A stretch of DNA of 64,000 bases, taken from positions 124,001 to 188,000 of the forward strand of contig MU619266.1 in assembly GCA_025201805.1 (NCBI GenBank), in the 5' to 3' direction. The notes beneath the pieces are model-generated. The model searched no databases. It was not told where the DNA came from and saw only the letters and a program-made list of their open reading frames with translations. The DNA is from Parasitella parasitica NRRL 2501 (Eukaryota > Fungi > Mucoromycota). This document shows, in pieces, positions 25,501-36,819 of this stretch. Numbering within the stretch: position 1 is the first letter of the stretch; each line of letters opens with the position of its first letter. The position numbers and the translations under genes were made by a program.

Positions 25501-28098
25501 TCTTTAAAAGTGATAATGTATCTTGCTTGTTGATGCCGATGACTTGAAGAAAATTGATCTCTTTCACAAAGCTGGAGTCAAAGTTATCCCAAAGGGCACT
25601 GAGTAATGTTAAAAGTCTGCCAAAGGTAACTCGCTCACTGTTTACTGCCGTGTTAGTCTCGAACGTCCGAAAAAGCGTACAATAAGCTCACCAGTCAGTA
25701 TTCTTTAGATTTGACGAGAAATCAGACAAGAGGCTCGTAACAAGCCGCACGTTCAATCGACAATGCTCATCTGATACGACAAAAACAGACGTGCGAGCCA
25801 ATACATTGGCCTGTGTACGTAAAACAGCCTCTGGAATATCTGCAAGAGCTTGATGAGTTCATCTAAATCCCAGTGCTTTGTTACATCCAACATACCTTGG
25901 GACTTTAAATCGTAAATGTAGGTCTTGATGCGATCTTTCAGTTCATTCAATACGCTATCAAGAGACTAGACAATACATCGATTCAATTTTGCTTTGTAAC
26001 TTGGCTCAACATGTTGATTGCTTATTACCTGATCCTTAGAAATCCTGTGCTCTAGCCAATGTCTGATCAATTTGAATTCCGTAGAATTTGTCTTGATGGG
26101 ATATTCATTTACCAAAGATGAGATTGTTCTATGAGAAAAAAACGATAAATAACCAAAATTAAAATGCATGCAAACAGGAGCTTCTTTATACTTTGCTACG
26201 TCCGAGAACGAAAGAGTTGCCGTGTTGGCGAGTCTAACAACAGCTGCAATGCCCAACTTGCGCAAAAATTGCTTCGTTGCGGGAATACTGTACAATTTAG
26301 GAACAGTGAGTATGAAATTCACCCCGCTAATGGCATTTGCCTCTTACTTGAAGTTTCTATGCCGATCTACCAGAACCCTCAGTGATTTGAGTTCTTCGGG
26401 CCCCCAAGCATCCACGGGCTGTACTTCAGCTAGAGCTTCCATCGTATACAATATAGGAATGTAGCTGACGACCACATGTGAAATATGACGCATCAATTGC
26501 CTCAAAAACTGCACCCTTTCTTGTCTGTCCTGTATCGCATCGATCAAATGTAGGAGAAAGAATCTGAAATGTTCGCCAAATGGACTCACCATGGTGCCCT
26601 GGGTGGGTACCTGGAAAAGAGCAGTGTTGTCTACAGTCTTGAAAAGAGCGCCAAACATGAATGCTTGCTGGACACCTAATTTATTCAGCACATCTGGATC
26701 CTGTCTCGAAAAGATGTACTCTAACAAGCCCTTTCTAACAGAAGCAATTTCGTTCTGCAAGCCTCTATGAAACAACAAAATCCACCACGAGGCATCCAGA
26801 AAATCGGCTTTCAGGAGTGTCTCGAATCTAGGCAGTATAGGGTCGACTAGGTGAATGACAGATTCATGCATGGTTTCATAGAGCAGAAACCAATCATCCC
26901 AATATTCCTGATACGTTTGTGATTGTGCAGTGTCCCATTTGAAGTAAAGCGTCCAGTTTGCAGCGCCAGGGTCAATGGCAGAGGGGTGTTTATCGCTAAA
27001 GTCGATGATTCGCTTCAAAATGTAAGTCGAGTATTTTCTAGCCAGAGAGTCGTTGCTGCCAAGACCGTTCTGCAAAATCTTGAAGAAATCCACATCAAAG
27101 CGCAGATCCTTGCGGACACTCGACTCGCAGTGGCTGTCGCTTAGTCCAAAGTAATAGTCGAAAAATCTCGCAATCAAGCCATAAATTTCCAGCCGCAGCA
27201 GATTGGTTGCTGGAAGGCCAAACATGGCAAGCGTGCGCTTCCACAACAACTAGGCGGCTTCAGTGTCAAACGATGCGGTTACTCGCAGTATCCTGTATAC
27301 ACATACCTCACACCAGAACACTTGTCTTGCTGAGTCGACTTGTTGGTCGTTATTCTGCTGCCAGCAGAGTAAATTGGGCAGTAAATCGTGAGCCACCTTG
27401 TTGCGAATAGTGGAGTCTGTGCAAGGAATCATGCAAACCGCGATCGAAAAAATCAAATCCATCCATTGTTCGATACTCGGATGGGCCGTGCTCTTTGTTA
27501 GCAAAGCTAGTAGCTCTTCGTTTTCATTCAAATCTCGAACAAACAGGTTGAGTGTGTCCAAACAGCACTCGAGATCAAGCGCTTGATCGGCGCAAGCCTG
27601 CTGCATAACCACACGATCCCACAGTGTGCGGCCCTCCTCGTTGGCCAGACTAGCCTCAATAAACTCTAACGGCTTGAGATCCACAAAATCCGGCTCAGCT
27701 TCCATTGCTGAAATCAACTGAGATAGCATTGTTGCCAATGTGGTTTGGCCAAAGCAATCTTGCGTATCGTACAAGATCATGGAGCGACTCATCATGAACG
27801 ATACTGTTTTTTCCAGCAATCCCACGCTCTCTGTAGACACCATAGAGTCGCGAGAGAAGCTTGCATGAATCCAAGGCAGCAGATACTGCTGGATGCATGC
27901 CTTCTCCTTCTCTGCATCGTCCAATCGCATCATATGGGCCTTGAAGATGGGGAGCAGTATCTGCAGAGTGCCGAAACGAGCCTTCTCATCGCTGGCATGT
28001 GTGTACTGCTTATCTAGCTGCTGCAGAAAGTGGGCAAGTTGGTTGTTCTCCGCATTGTCTATAAGAAGCGTCTGGAACGGTATCGATGCGAAATCCAT
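22564..28098 (-). CDS. TRM3: tRNA (guanosine-18 2'-O)-methyltransferase Trm3/TARBP1, multi-exon
   Basis: C-terminal SpoU domain (LIVVASLVDRLPNLAGLCRTCEIF, LLGKERQGVP, IEIPQYGITRSLNVHVSGAI) after a long helical N-terminal region, and a YQKKIMPWE motif. Confidence 0.9.
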
Positions 28099-28403
28099 AT
28101 TGCGCCTTTGAAAGAAGACCACACTGATGAAAATGGAGAAATTTTTTTTTCTTTGTTTATTGATAGAAAGACCATTTGATTTTATGTCCCGCATTGTACA
28201 TGACAGGTCAGAAAATATTAGCTGCAACGCAAAGATCAGAGGCAAAGGAGTCAAGACAGCAAACGGCCCTGCTTCCGGTGTTTTCTGTTGCTATGCCTAC
28301 TGAGGTAACATGGCAACAGCAATTCATGTTTTATTAATGCAAATTTCGAGATATAGGGGGGGGGGGAGGTAGTAACAATGGGTAACAAGGGCCTTATGAT
28401 CAA

Positions 28404-30098
28404 TCAACGAGAGGCAATATTGCTGTTGCAACTAGTGCGGATTCGTTTGCGAGGAAGGATGAGAAACGACGTCAGTTTTGTCTGACCATCCGCGTTTGCT
28501 GCTGTTTTTCGTTTTCTAGCCTGGAATTCCAGCGCTAACGAAGGGTATTTATGATGGATATCATCCGCATCAACCCACTGCCGTCTTACCAAGTCAAACA
28601 TATCCTTCTTGTAAGCTCCCTGTTTGGTTCCAGCAGCGGCGACTTCTTGGTCATTCTCGTCGCAATAGAGGTCGCCATCTGTGCGTTGAGATAACACTGC
28701 TGTATCTTCAGGGCTATGATACACGCTGAAATCCAGCCTGGGCGTTAACAGCTGCACAAAGTGCTCCCAACACGAACGATCCCATTCCACACGATACAGC
28801 TTTAGGTTTCCCTCAGGAACCACTTTGGAGGCAAAGATTTGGACCACATCTGCTGGTTTTTCGACTGCTTGACTGCGGGCAGTGGGCCTAAAGTAATCTA
28901 TCAATGATGTTTGCTGGGATGAGCTGCCATTATCTTGAGCAGAAGACGCACGCTGATGACTGTTGGGTAGGCGTACTGCTGCTCTGCGACGCATCCGGTT
29001 TGCCATAAAGGCAGGGAACAACAGCGACGTAAACCGCTTCAATACGTAGTCGCCAGGCCACTTGAATGTATTTTGCGCAAAGTTGGCCAAGCTTTGCCAA
29101 TCTGGCTCACGATGCATGTTGAGATTCAATTCAAGAGCCTTTGCCTTTTGCAATATTGCATGGTCGTTGCTTTGTATATTTGTCAATGGGTGGATAAAGT
29201 CAATAACAATGGAGAAATCAGGAAACTTGGGGTCCAGCACGACGCCTGCGTACTTTTTCTTCATATTCCTTGTGCTATTGTGCTGCAATTCGTACGATAG
29301 ATCGTCAAACAAATGCTGTACGCGCTCGTCATCCAGCGGGATCCTACCAGCTAGCTGTATGTCGTCGAAAAGCTGTCTGTGAAAATGGCATTTAGCCAGC
29401 TGTGCAGCAACATTGATTCCTATTCCTTTGGTGCCTTTTGTGTCGTAGTCAGATCCATGCAACAAGGCAATTAATATCAAGTCGGACCGATCGAGGTTTG
29501 TGCTGTCATAGATCCAGGTCAAGTCGTAGACTGGCACTGGTTCGTGTCGCTTGGAGGGCCACTGCCGAATGACACGACGAGCACCAAACAAAAACACATC
29601 AGAGTCGCCCGTGTAGACGGCATCTACAAACCCCAGCCTTTGCAGAAAGGCGCATTCAGCCTCTGCTTCCCCGTACGAATCCCACGACGAAAATCCAAAC
29701 AGCTTAATCATGCTGATTAAATTTGTGCGGAATACGCTTTCGAGTGGAACCGTTTGGATAAATTTATTACGCTTGTATTCTGGTCTTCTGGACCCATCAA
29801 AGACGAAAACAGGTCGGATACCGAGCTCGTACAACCGGTTAAATCTGAAAAACAAGGCTCGAATCTCGCTTTGACTAGATAGCCTGCTTGTCAGTGTGGT
29901 GTTTGTATAAAATATGCACAGGCAAAGGATACTTTACTCTCCAACAACACTCTGCCTTGACTGAAATGCCCACAGAGCGACATCAATGGCAACTCTCAGC
30001 CCTCTCCCGGTCTTGCAGCGCACCTCATGCGATAGCTGCTCAAGAGTTAGTGTGCGTTCGCTCGGGTGGATCAGCTTCCAAAGACTAGTAATGCCCAT
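28404..30098 (-). CDS. Rad2/XPG-family nuclease, GEN1/Yen1-like, 2 exons
   Basis: Exon 1 hand-translated: MGITSLWKLI...RVAIDVALWAFQ. Exon 2: LFFR...PVFVFDG, GEAEAECAFLQ, TGDSDVFLFGA, GSDY...KGIG. The short N-I spacer excludes XPG. Confidence 0.85.
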
Positions 30099-30296
30099 AG
30101 ATTGGATTGGCAGTGAAAAAGTGTGTTTGCCTTCTTCTGCCTCTCCTTCTTGCGATTCTTAAAAAAACCCCGCATTCGCTGTATTGCAAGTCTCTCTCTC
30201 TCACTCTCACTCTCACTCTCTTGCGAGTGTTTCTCTCTTCTCTTTTTTTTTTGTGTGTTTTTTTTCTTTTCCTTGGTATACCCTCAATTTATTATT

Positions 30297-30791
30297 ATGG
30301 CAAGTGAGTAGTGATACAATACAACACGAGCCTAACAATCCACTTGTACAGACTATCGAGGTTGATGAGACTTTAAAGCGTATTTCCAGCAGAAAAGGAG
30401 TCAAGGCAGTGGTGATCTTGAAGAATGAAGGTCAAGTCGTTCGATCTACTCTTGACCAAGAACTATCAAAGCAGTATGGACATTTAATATCAGCCCTTGT
30501 CCAGCAGACACGCACAACCATAGCAACATTAGACGACCAAGTAATTTTCTTTTTATTATTATTATTATTATTACACTTGTACATCACTTTTATTGTCGCT
30601 AATTTCACCATAGAACGAACTGACTTTTATGAGGGTTCGCACCAAGAAACATGAAATAATGGTTGCGCCTGGTGAGATTCGGCTGCCTATTCATATGCTC
30701 TTTTTTTTTTCTAACTCTATATGTTCTAATCGTAGACCACGAATACTTGTTGGTTGTAATTCAGAATCCAGCAGAAGTAATGCAACAGTAG
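30297..30791 (+). CDS. Dynein light chain roadblock (LC7). Exons 30297-30299, 30352-30540, 30614-30671, 30736-30791
   Basis: Spliced product MTIEVDETLKRISSRKGVKAVVILKNEG...[35 protein letters not shown] matches the DYNLRB pattern. Confidence 0.92.
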
Positions 30792-30793
30792 TG

Positions 30794-32223
30794 TCACGCA
30801 TTTACTACAGGCTCTGCTCTTGCCAGTTTGAAAAGCCTCACATCGTCCTTGTGTTTACTTCCTTCCAAATGTCGTTTCAATAAATAAGTATTTGTAAACT
30901 TGAACTGACAGTTTGCAAATGGACACTCTAGCTTTGTGGTGATTTTAGAATAGTGGTTGAAGCCTGTAAGCATTTCTGCAATCGTTTGTTTCGGCCGAGG
31001 TGATCTTGTTTTCTTCATTAAGGAAAACTAGTCAGATGACAGTTGCAACAAAACTCCCCCACCCCCCGTGTCAAAACTTACAGGTGTATGCGATCCTATA
31101 TGTCTGTCCAACATTGATTTGTACGGGAATCCTTTGAGACACACGTCGCATTTGAATCGGGTATCTTGTTCATGCACTAGTGCTACATGCGTCTTGTAGC
31201 TTCGTTTCTACAAACCAGAGTTTTGAGTCGCACTGCCGTCCCTGCTGAACAGGCATACTCACGGTTTTTAATTTTGATTCGCAACCAGGCCACTCGCATA
31301 CCACTGAGGCTTCGTTCGAGTGCTGTTCCTTGATGTGCGTTCTCAAATTGAACGGCTTGGTGTATTTTTTGTTGCATGTAGGACAAACGAGTGTATGCTC
31401 GTTTTTCACATGTTTTCGTAAAGCAGACCATTTTTTGAAGGACGTTTGACAGGTGCTGCAGTCGTATATGATGGGATCTGCACAAAGAAGGGTCAGTGCC
31501 ATGCTACCCTACCATTCATGACAAGCAACACATACTCTCATGCACCCTGTTGATGTGCTTTTCCAGTGCTGGCAAAGAGTCGAAAGCAGCTGAGCATTGA
31601 CTACAGACATGAGTGCATTTTTCATGGGATGCTTTGTGCCATCGTAACTGATAACGCTTTGCAAATTCGGCTGTACAACCAGGAAAATCACACTNNNNNN
31701 NNNNNNNNNNNNNNNNNNNNNNNNNNNNNNNNNNNNNNNNNNNNNNNNNNNNNNNNNNNAAAAAAAAAAGAAAAAAAAAGATAAAAACAAAAAAAATAAG
31801 CTGATTGCGTCTCGGTTCAATATGCTGAAAGCGAACCTTGACATTGGGCGACACATGTCCCTTTTCATGACGCTGTAAATGCTGCTTTGTCATAAACGAC
31901 GATGTACAGTTCTCAAAGGAGCAGTGAAAGTCCTTTATGTTCAAGTGTGATTTTTCGTGAACCGCTAAATGACTAGATCGAAAATAAGCTCTATGGCAAC
32001 CAGCATGTGCACAAACAAAGGGCCTCTGAGTGTGGTTTTAGTGTGTTAGCTTTCTCTTGTTCTGGCAGAGGAAAAAAAACAAAAAAAAACAAAAGGGAGA
32101 TCTTACTTCACCTGTGTGAGAACGCTCATGCTCTACAACTTTGCATGGCTTTCCATATGTCTTGTCGCAGTAACTGCACTTGTATTCTACTTTTCTCCTC
32201 TTGTTGCCACTGCTTTCAGACAT
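30794..32223 (-). CDS. Transcription factor IIIA-like C2H2 protein (10 fingers), multi-exon, with an N gap in one intron
   Basis: Nine tandem C2H2 fingers (e.g. CSYCDKTYGKPCKVVEHERSH, CSTCQTSFKKWSALRKHVKNEH then CPTC) and a separated tenth (CPFANCQFKFTNTYLLKRHLEGSKH). This resembles fungal TFIIIA (Sfc2/Pzf1). Confidence 0.78.
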
Positions 32224-34431
32224 ACAAGCAAAAAAAAAAATTTTTTAATCGAAAAAAAGAAAAAAAAAAACACATCAAAAAACAACGTTGCACGACAAAA
32301 TAAGCGGAACAATCCCAATGTTTGATTCGACAAGAGAACTGGCTGAGCAGGTACACAGGATTACATCAAATGCACTGCTCGCCAGGGCCTACATCTATTT
32401 GCAAATACACAATGCTCTAAATGGTGCAGCATTAGTCTCAAGCTGATTGCTGTCAAGATACTCATTTTTTCATACGCTATATACATGTGCATCATCACAG
32501 CAGTGTGCAATAGGCACAACAAAACGACCCACCACTAGGCTCCATCCAGCTGCATTGTTGTCGCTGCTGATCGAGTATGAATAATCTGCGTTCCTCTCTT
32601 GGTCTCTGAATCTCGTTTTGACAGGCTTTCCTGATGTGTCGCTCGTCTTACTTTAACAAAGCTTATGTGGGCTTTTCCGTCTATCAGCGGTACTACTACA
32701 TTAGTCTGCATCCGCAATGATTTGCAGCTCATGGCCGTCTTGCTCATCTGTCTAGATTCTGGAAATAAACGGACCTTTCTTTGTGTGATTTTTGGATCGG
32801 TGGTGATGGTATCAGAGGATCGGATTGGTAGATTCGCAGTCTTGAATTCGAGTTGAGTGTAGCAATGTGGCTGCATGTACTGCAATTCATAGATCATACG
32901 AGCAGAGCAAGAGCAGAGCCTGACACGGCGCTCATTTCTTTAGCAAACGAAATGGGCATGTCTACGCCTGGCTACGGGTTGTTTTTGTAGATTGAGAAAG
33001 AGAGAAGCGGCGCATGCGGATGTGAATGTTCTATGTGGGTTGCAGCATACACACTGTTTGACAAAACCAAATAAAATCATAGCGTTGATCATTGATTATC
33101 TACCAATATAGACTCCAGGGGTCGTTGGTGTTGGAAACCGGTGCAATTCCTGCTGTTGAACTCCCCCCCCCCCCAATTAGCCCAAAAAAATTTTGATTTG
33201 CAGACTGTCGTCGTTTAGGCAAAACTGGTAGTGGTCTACATTACGTTCGCTAATAGCAAATGCATTCAGCAGATGTTTGCTCAGTCGGTTTAGTGTGACA
33301 CAGGACGACAGTAAAATATCCCGTGAGCAAGCTTCATTTTCAGCATGGACTATATACCGTACCACGGCCTGAAATGTTGCAACGCGCTTGTTTGTCATTG
33401 TTTTTCCTAGTCATAAAAAGAAAAGAGAAGAAGGAAAGAAAGATGTCTAATAGTACATGGAACAGCAATCTCTCTTAAAGAAATATGGCCAACGTCTATC
33501 TAGGTTGTATTTATTCCGGATTCCTTTTTTGCTTTTCGACAAAAATGTATTGCCTCGTCCAGCCAAGCTGATTATGCGCATCAATTGGCTCAGATGCCTT
33601 GTGAATGCATATTGAATACCAAAATAAATCGTCCATCATTTCCCTTCTTTTGCTCTCCTTTTTCTGCCTTTTTCATTGATTATTCTCATAATCAGCAACA
33701 GAAAGCTGAAACAGGAGATGACGTTGGTCGCATTTGTAAAGCATATTTCGGTGTCGCCCTTTGCATGTACTGAATTGACAGCAATTAGAGGCAGGTTTGC
33801 TCCTATCATGATACATACAATCGCTACTGCAGATATAACCATAATATGAAAACAGATTTACTGTTAAAAGCCCATGGTCAAGGCCATACATTCAATCAAG
33901 ACATTTTGCCATGAACCATGAAATTGACTTATTTTACAGTTGGAGACTTATGAGCTAAATGCAGACTGTGTTTTGGGTTTTCTTTTTGCGAGTAAGGTGC
34001 ATAACAATGGTCGTATATATCACATTTATACGCATCCAGCAGATAAAAAAAAAATAGGCCAAAATCTATCAAATTAATGTGCATTGTAGTTGTAACCAAG
34101 TATTTAGAATACTTGATTGCACATCTAATGGGTAAATATTACAATAAAAACCAGTAATCTGGATGTTAAAAAATTTAATTTGGGCTCGTATTTATACATT
34201 TAGCATGGGCAGTGTACAATATACATAATGCAAGCTATTGTACCGTACATGATCGCTGGTGTTGAGGTAACCCGCCGCACTGCTGCGAGCCGAATGTCAT
34301 TATTACGTCAATTAGAGTAAATATACATCTAAATCAAGTAATTCACATTGTTTGGTAAACGTTCTTTTGTTTTGTTTTATTTTTTTTTTTTTTTTTTTTT
34401 TCGTCTTGACGCTTAGAGCAATAAAAAAAAA

Positions 34432-35085
34432 ATGGCAAGTTATTTATGGAAAAAAAAGGTTCAGGAACCAGAAGTTCAACTATCAGCAAGAGACGCAAGA
34501 GTGCTGGAGATATATACACGTAGAATGAAAAAGTTTGATGAAATGATCAAGCTGTGCTGCTGCTGGGTTGGCTACGACGTGTTACTGGGTATATAATGAG
34601 CTATTCAGACAGTCTATATACTCTTGCACAGCGATATTCACCACCCACTACTGTAGAATTCATCCCGATCTTTGGTAAAGTGATATCTCTCTGTTTCGCG
34701 CTTTCCTTGTATCGATTAGCATGTCAATGTGAATTGCCCAGATCGATAAAGCGAAGAATGCTGTATCATGTTAGCATTGATTTTCTGGTGAGTAAACCAG
34801 CTTAACGGTGTAAACATGAGCTACAACTAAAAAGCGTCGTCATGGGCCTATTAGCTTGGCTTGATTCCCATTTTGGGCATTCTATTAGATATGCTATACA
34901 GAGCGCACAGTAAAAATGCACGTATATTACGAAGATTTCTGTACGAAAGGGCACGGCAAGGAGCCAACAAAGCGGAAGCAGCAGCGCTGAATGTGGAAAG
35001 AGAGCCAGGGCATAACAATTTGTCTGATCCAACTAGCGTTTTGATGGAAAAGGATCGACAAACTGAGATATCCAAATCCAATTAA
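34432..35085 (+). CDS. DUF4112 family membrane protein, 3 exons
   Basis: Spliced: MASYLWKKKVQEP...KKFDEMIKLCCCWVGYDVLLEFIPIFGKVISL...RMLYHVSIDFLLGLIPILGILLDMLYRAHSKNARIL. It has two IP-x-x-G helical hairpins. Confidence 0.82.
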
Positions 35086-35270
35086 AGATATTTTTAGCAT
35101 CAAAATCAAAGAACACTTGCGTCGGAGGGCAACTTTGAATGTGTAGCCTACATGTTTCCTTACAAAAGGTGCAACTATTTTTTCTTTATTTTTTTCCCTC
35201 TTTTTCTCTTTTTCTCTTTTTCTCTCTTTTATATATTTATATATAAATATACTTTTCGTAAACGCATAAA

Positions 35271-36764
35271 ATGAGTGGTAAGTTGCAGCCTGCAAGCTAT
35301 CAGAACAGCAGTTGATTTAAATGCGTAATAGACCTAGTTGCTTCAGATGGCTCAACAAGCGTGAATGATACTCCTAATGCTGGACCCGCAACCACGCCCA
35401 CTATTGGTGCCGGATCTACTGCAGCTGATACTCCAAACAACGTTACTAAATCAAGTAGCAGTGCTCCCAAACCTAACTCAGTTTCGACACAACAAAATGT
35501 TGAAAAGAAATCCATGGAAACGGTTCATAACGATCCTGCCGAGACGGTGTTTGCGCCGTCGCCGACTTCGCCGACTTCACTCACTTCTGTTTCCTCTACA
35601 CAGCAGCAACAGCAACAACTGCAAGCCGCGTCAACATCGTCTGCTTGCTCTTCTCCGCCAGAGATTCCCATCCCCACTCCACTCGATACTAATCACGCAC
35701 CTGCAACTATCAACGTAAACACTGAAAATCTGCTGATGGAGCTGAAGCAAAAGAAAGAGCTGGCACGACGCTTGGACGAAGAGTTGTATTATCTTTGCCA
35801 CTTCAACCAGGAGCTGTCTGAAAAGGAACAAAAGATACAAGACCGTATGCTTATGCGTCAAAAGGACCAGAAGCAATTACTGGACAACTACAACGACCAC
35901 ATCCGTGCCCGAAGAGCTACAGAAGATGATCCCTCGACCATCCACAACAAACTGCACGAGCTAAAGGCGATGATCAAGTCGGTCAGCATCAGTTTAACCA
36001 AACAGTGCGATTGCAGCACGGCGACCAAGGCCATGCTCAGCTTTTGGGTTAACCTTCATGAAGCTATTCAGAATATGGGGGATCCTTTGCCTGTCAATCG
36101 CATTCAGATGCTGACTGAAAAGTTCTTGATGGACGTCTTGGTCCAGAACATGAACTACAGTTCCTTTACTGGCCTCAAGATTTCTCAGCACTATACCCAG
36201 CTTCAAATGTGGTTTGAAAAGTACGAGCCTAGTTTCTGTACTCGCCTCAGACAGGACATAGCCAAAGTGGTGGTGCTGTCTGACAAGGACGCTACCTCAG
36301 ATACTCATCTCGAAATCCAGAAATTAAACGAGCGCATGTTCAATTCCTTGTACGTGTCTCTGCTAAAGGCATTTCCTTTCATCAAGCAACACGATTTACA
36401 GGAAACCGATCCCAGCAATCAATATTCAGCCAAACTGCGGGCTATGGTAGATTTTGCATCAGGTATTGGCCATGCAATGCGTGGGCAGGAAGTGGACATT
36501 GCGGCTGCTGCTGTGGGTGAAGGCTCCGAGATGTTTGATCCCAAAACCATGGTTGACGAGGATGGCCAAACAGCTGGAATAGTGAACCTGTGCATAAACC
36601 CTCCGTTTATCGCATATTCTAACCGCATTGAGGTCTTGGAGAAGGCGCGAGTTCTGTGCCGTGCCCCCATGAACACTGATCCAACACCTACAACTACTGC
36701 TGCCTCAGCTACTGCCACAGCAACAACAGCTGCCATACCTACAGCCACGACGTCAACGTCTTGA
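35271..36764 (+). CDS. Hypothetical protein: disordered N-terminus, coiled coil and C-terminal beta-rich domain; 2 exons
   Basis: ATG AGT G|GTAAGT intron (35278-35331) joins in frame to the 467-aa ORF. Confidence 0.75.
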
Positions 36765-36819
36765 TAGAACGCACCTTTTGCCCTTTTCTTTTTTTTTTAC
36801 AAGAGTGCATGCATATTGT

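Noticed and set aside
33133-33150. GGAAACCGGTGCAATTCC resembling part of a cobalamin riboswitch
   Set aside because: The stem does not close (CCGG versus CCTG) and the downstream GCnACTG and B12-box motifs are absent.
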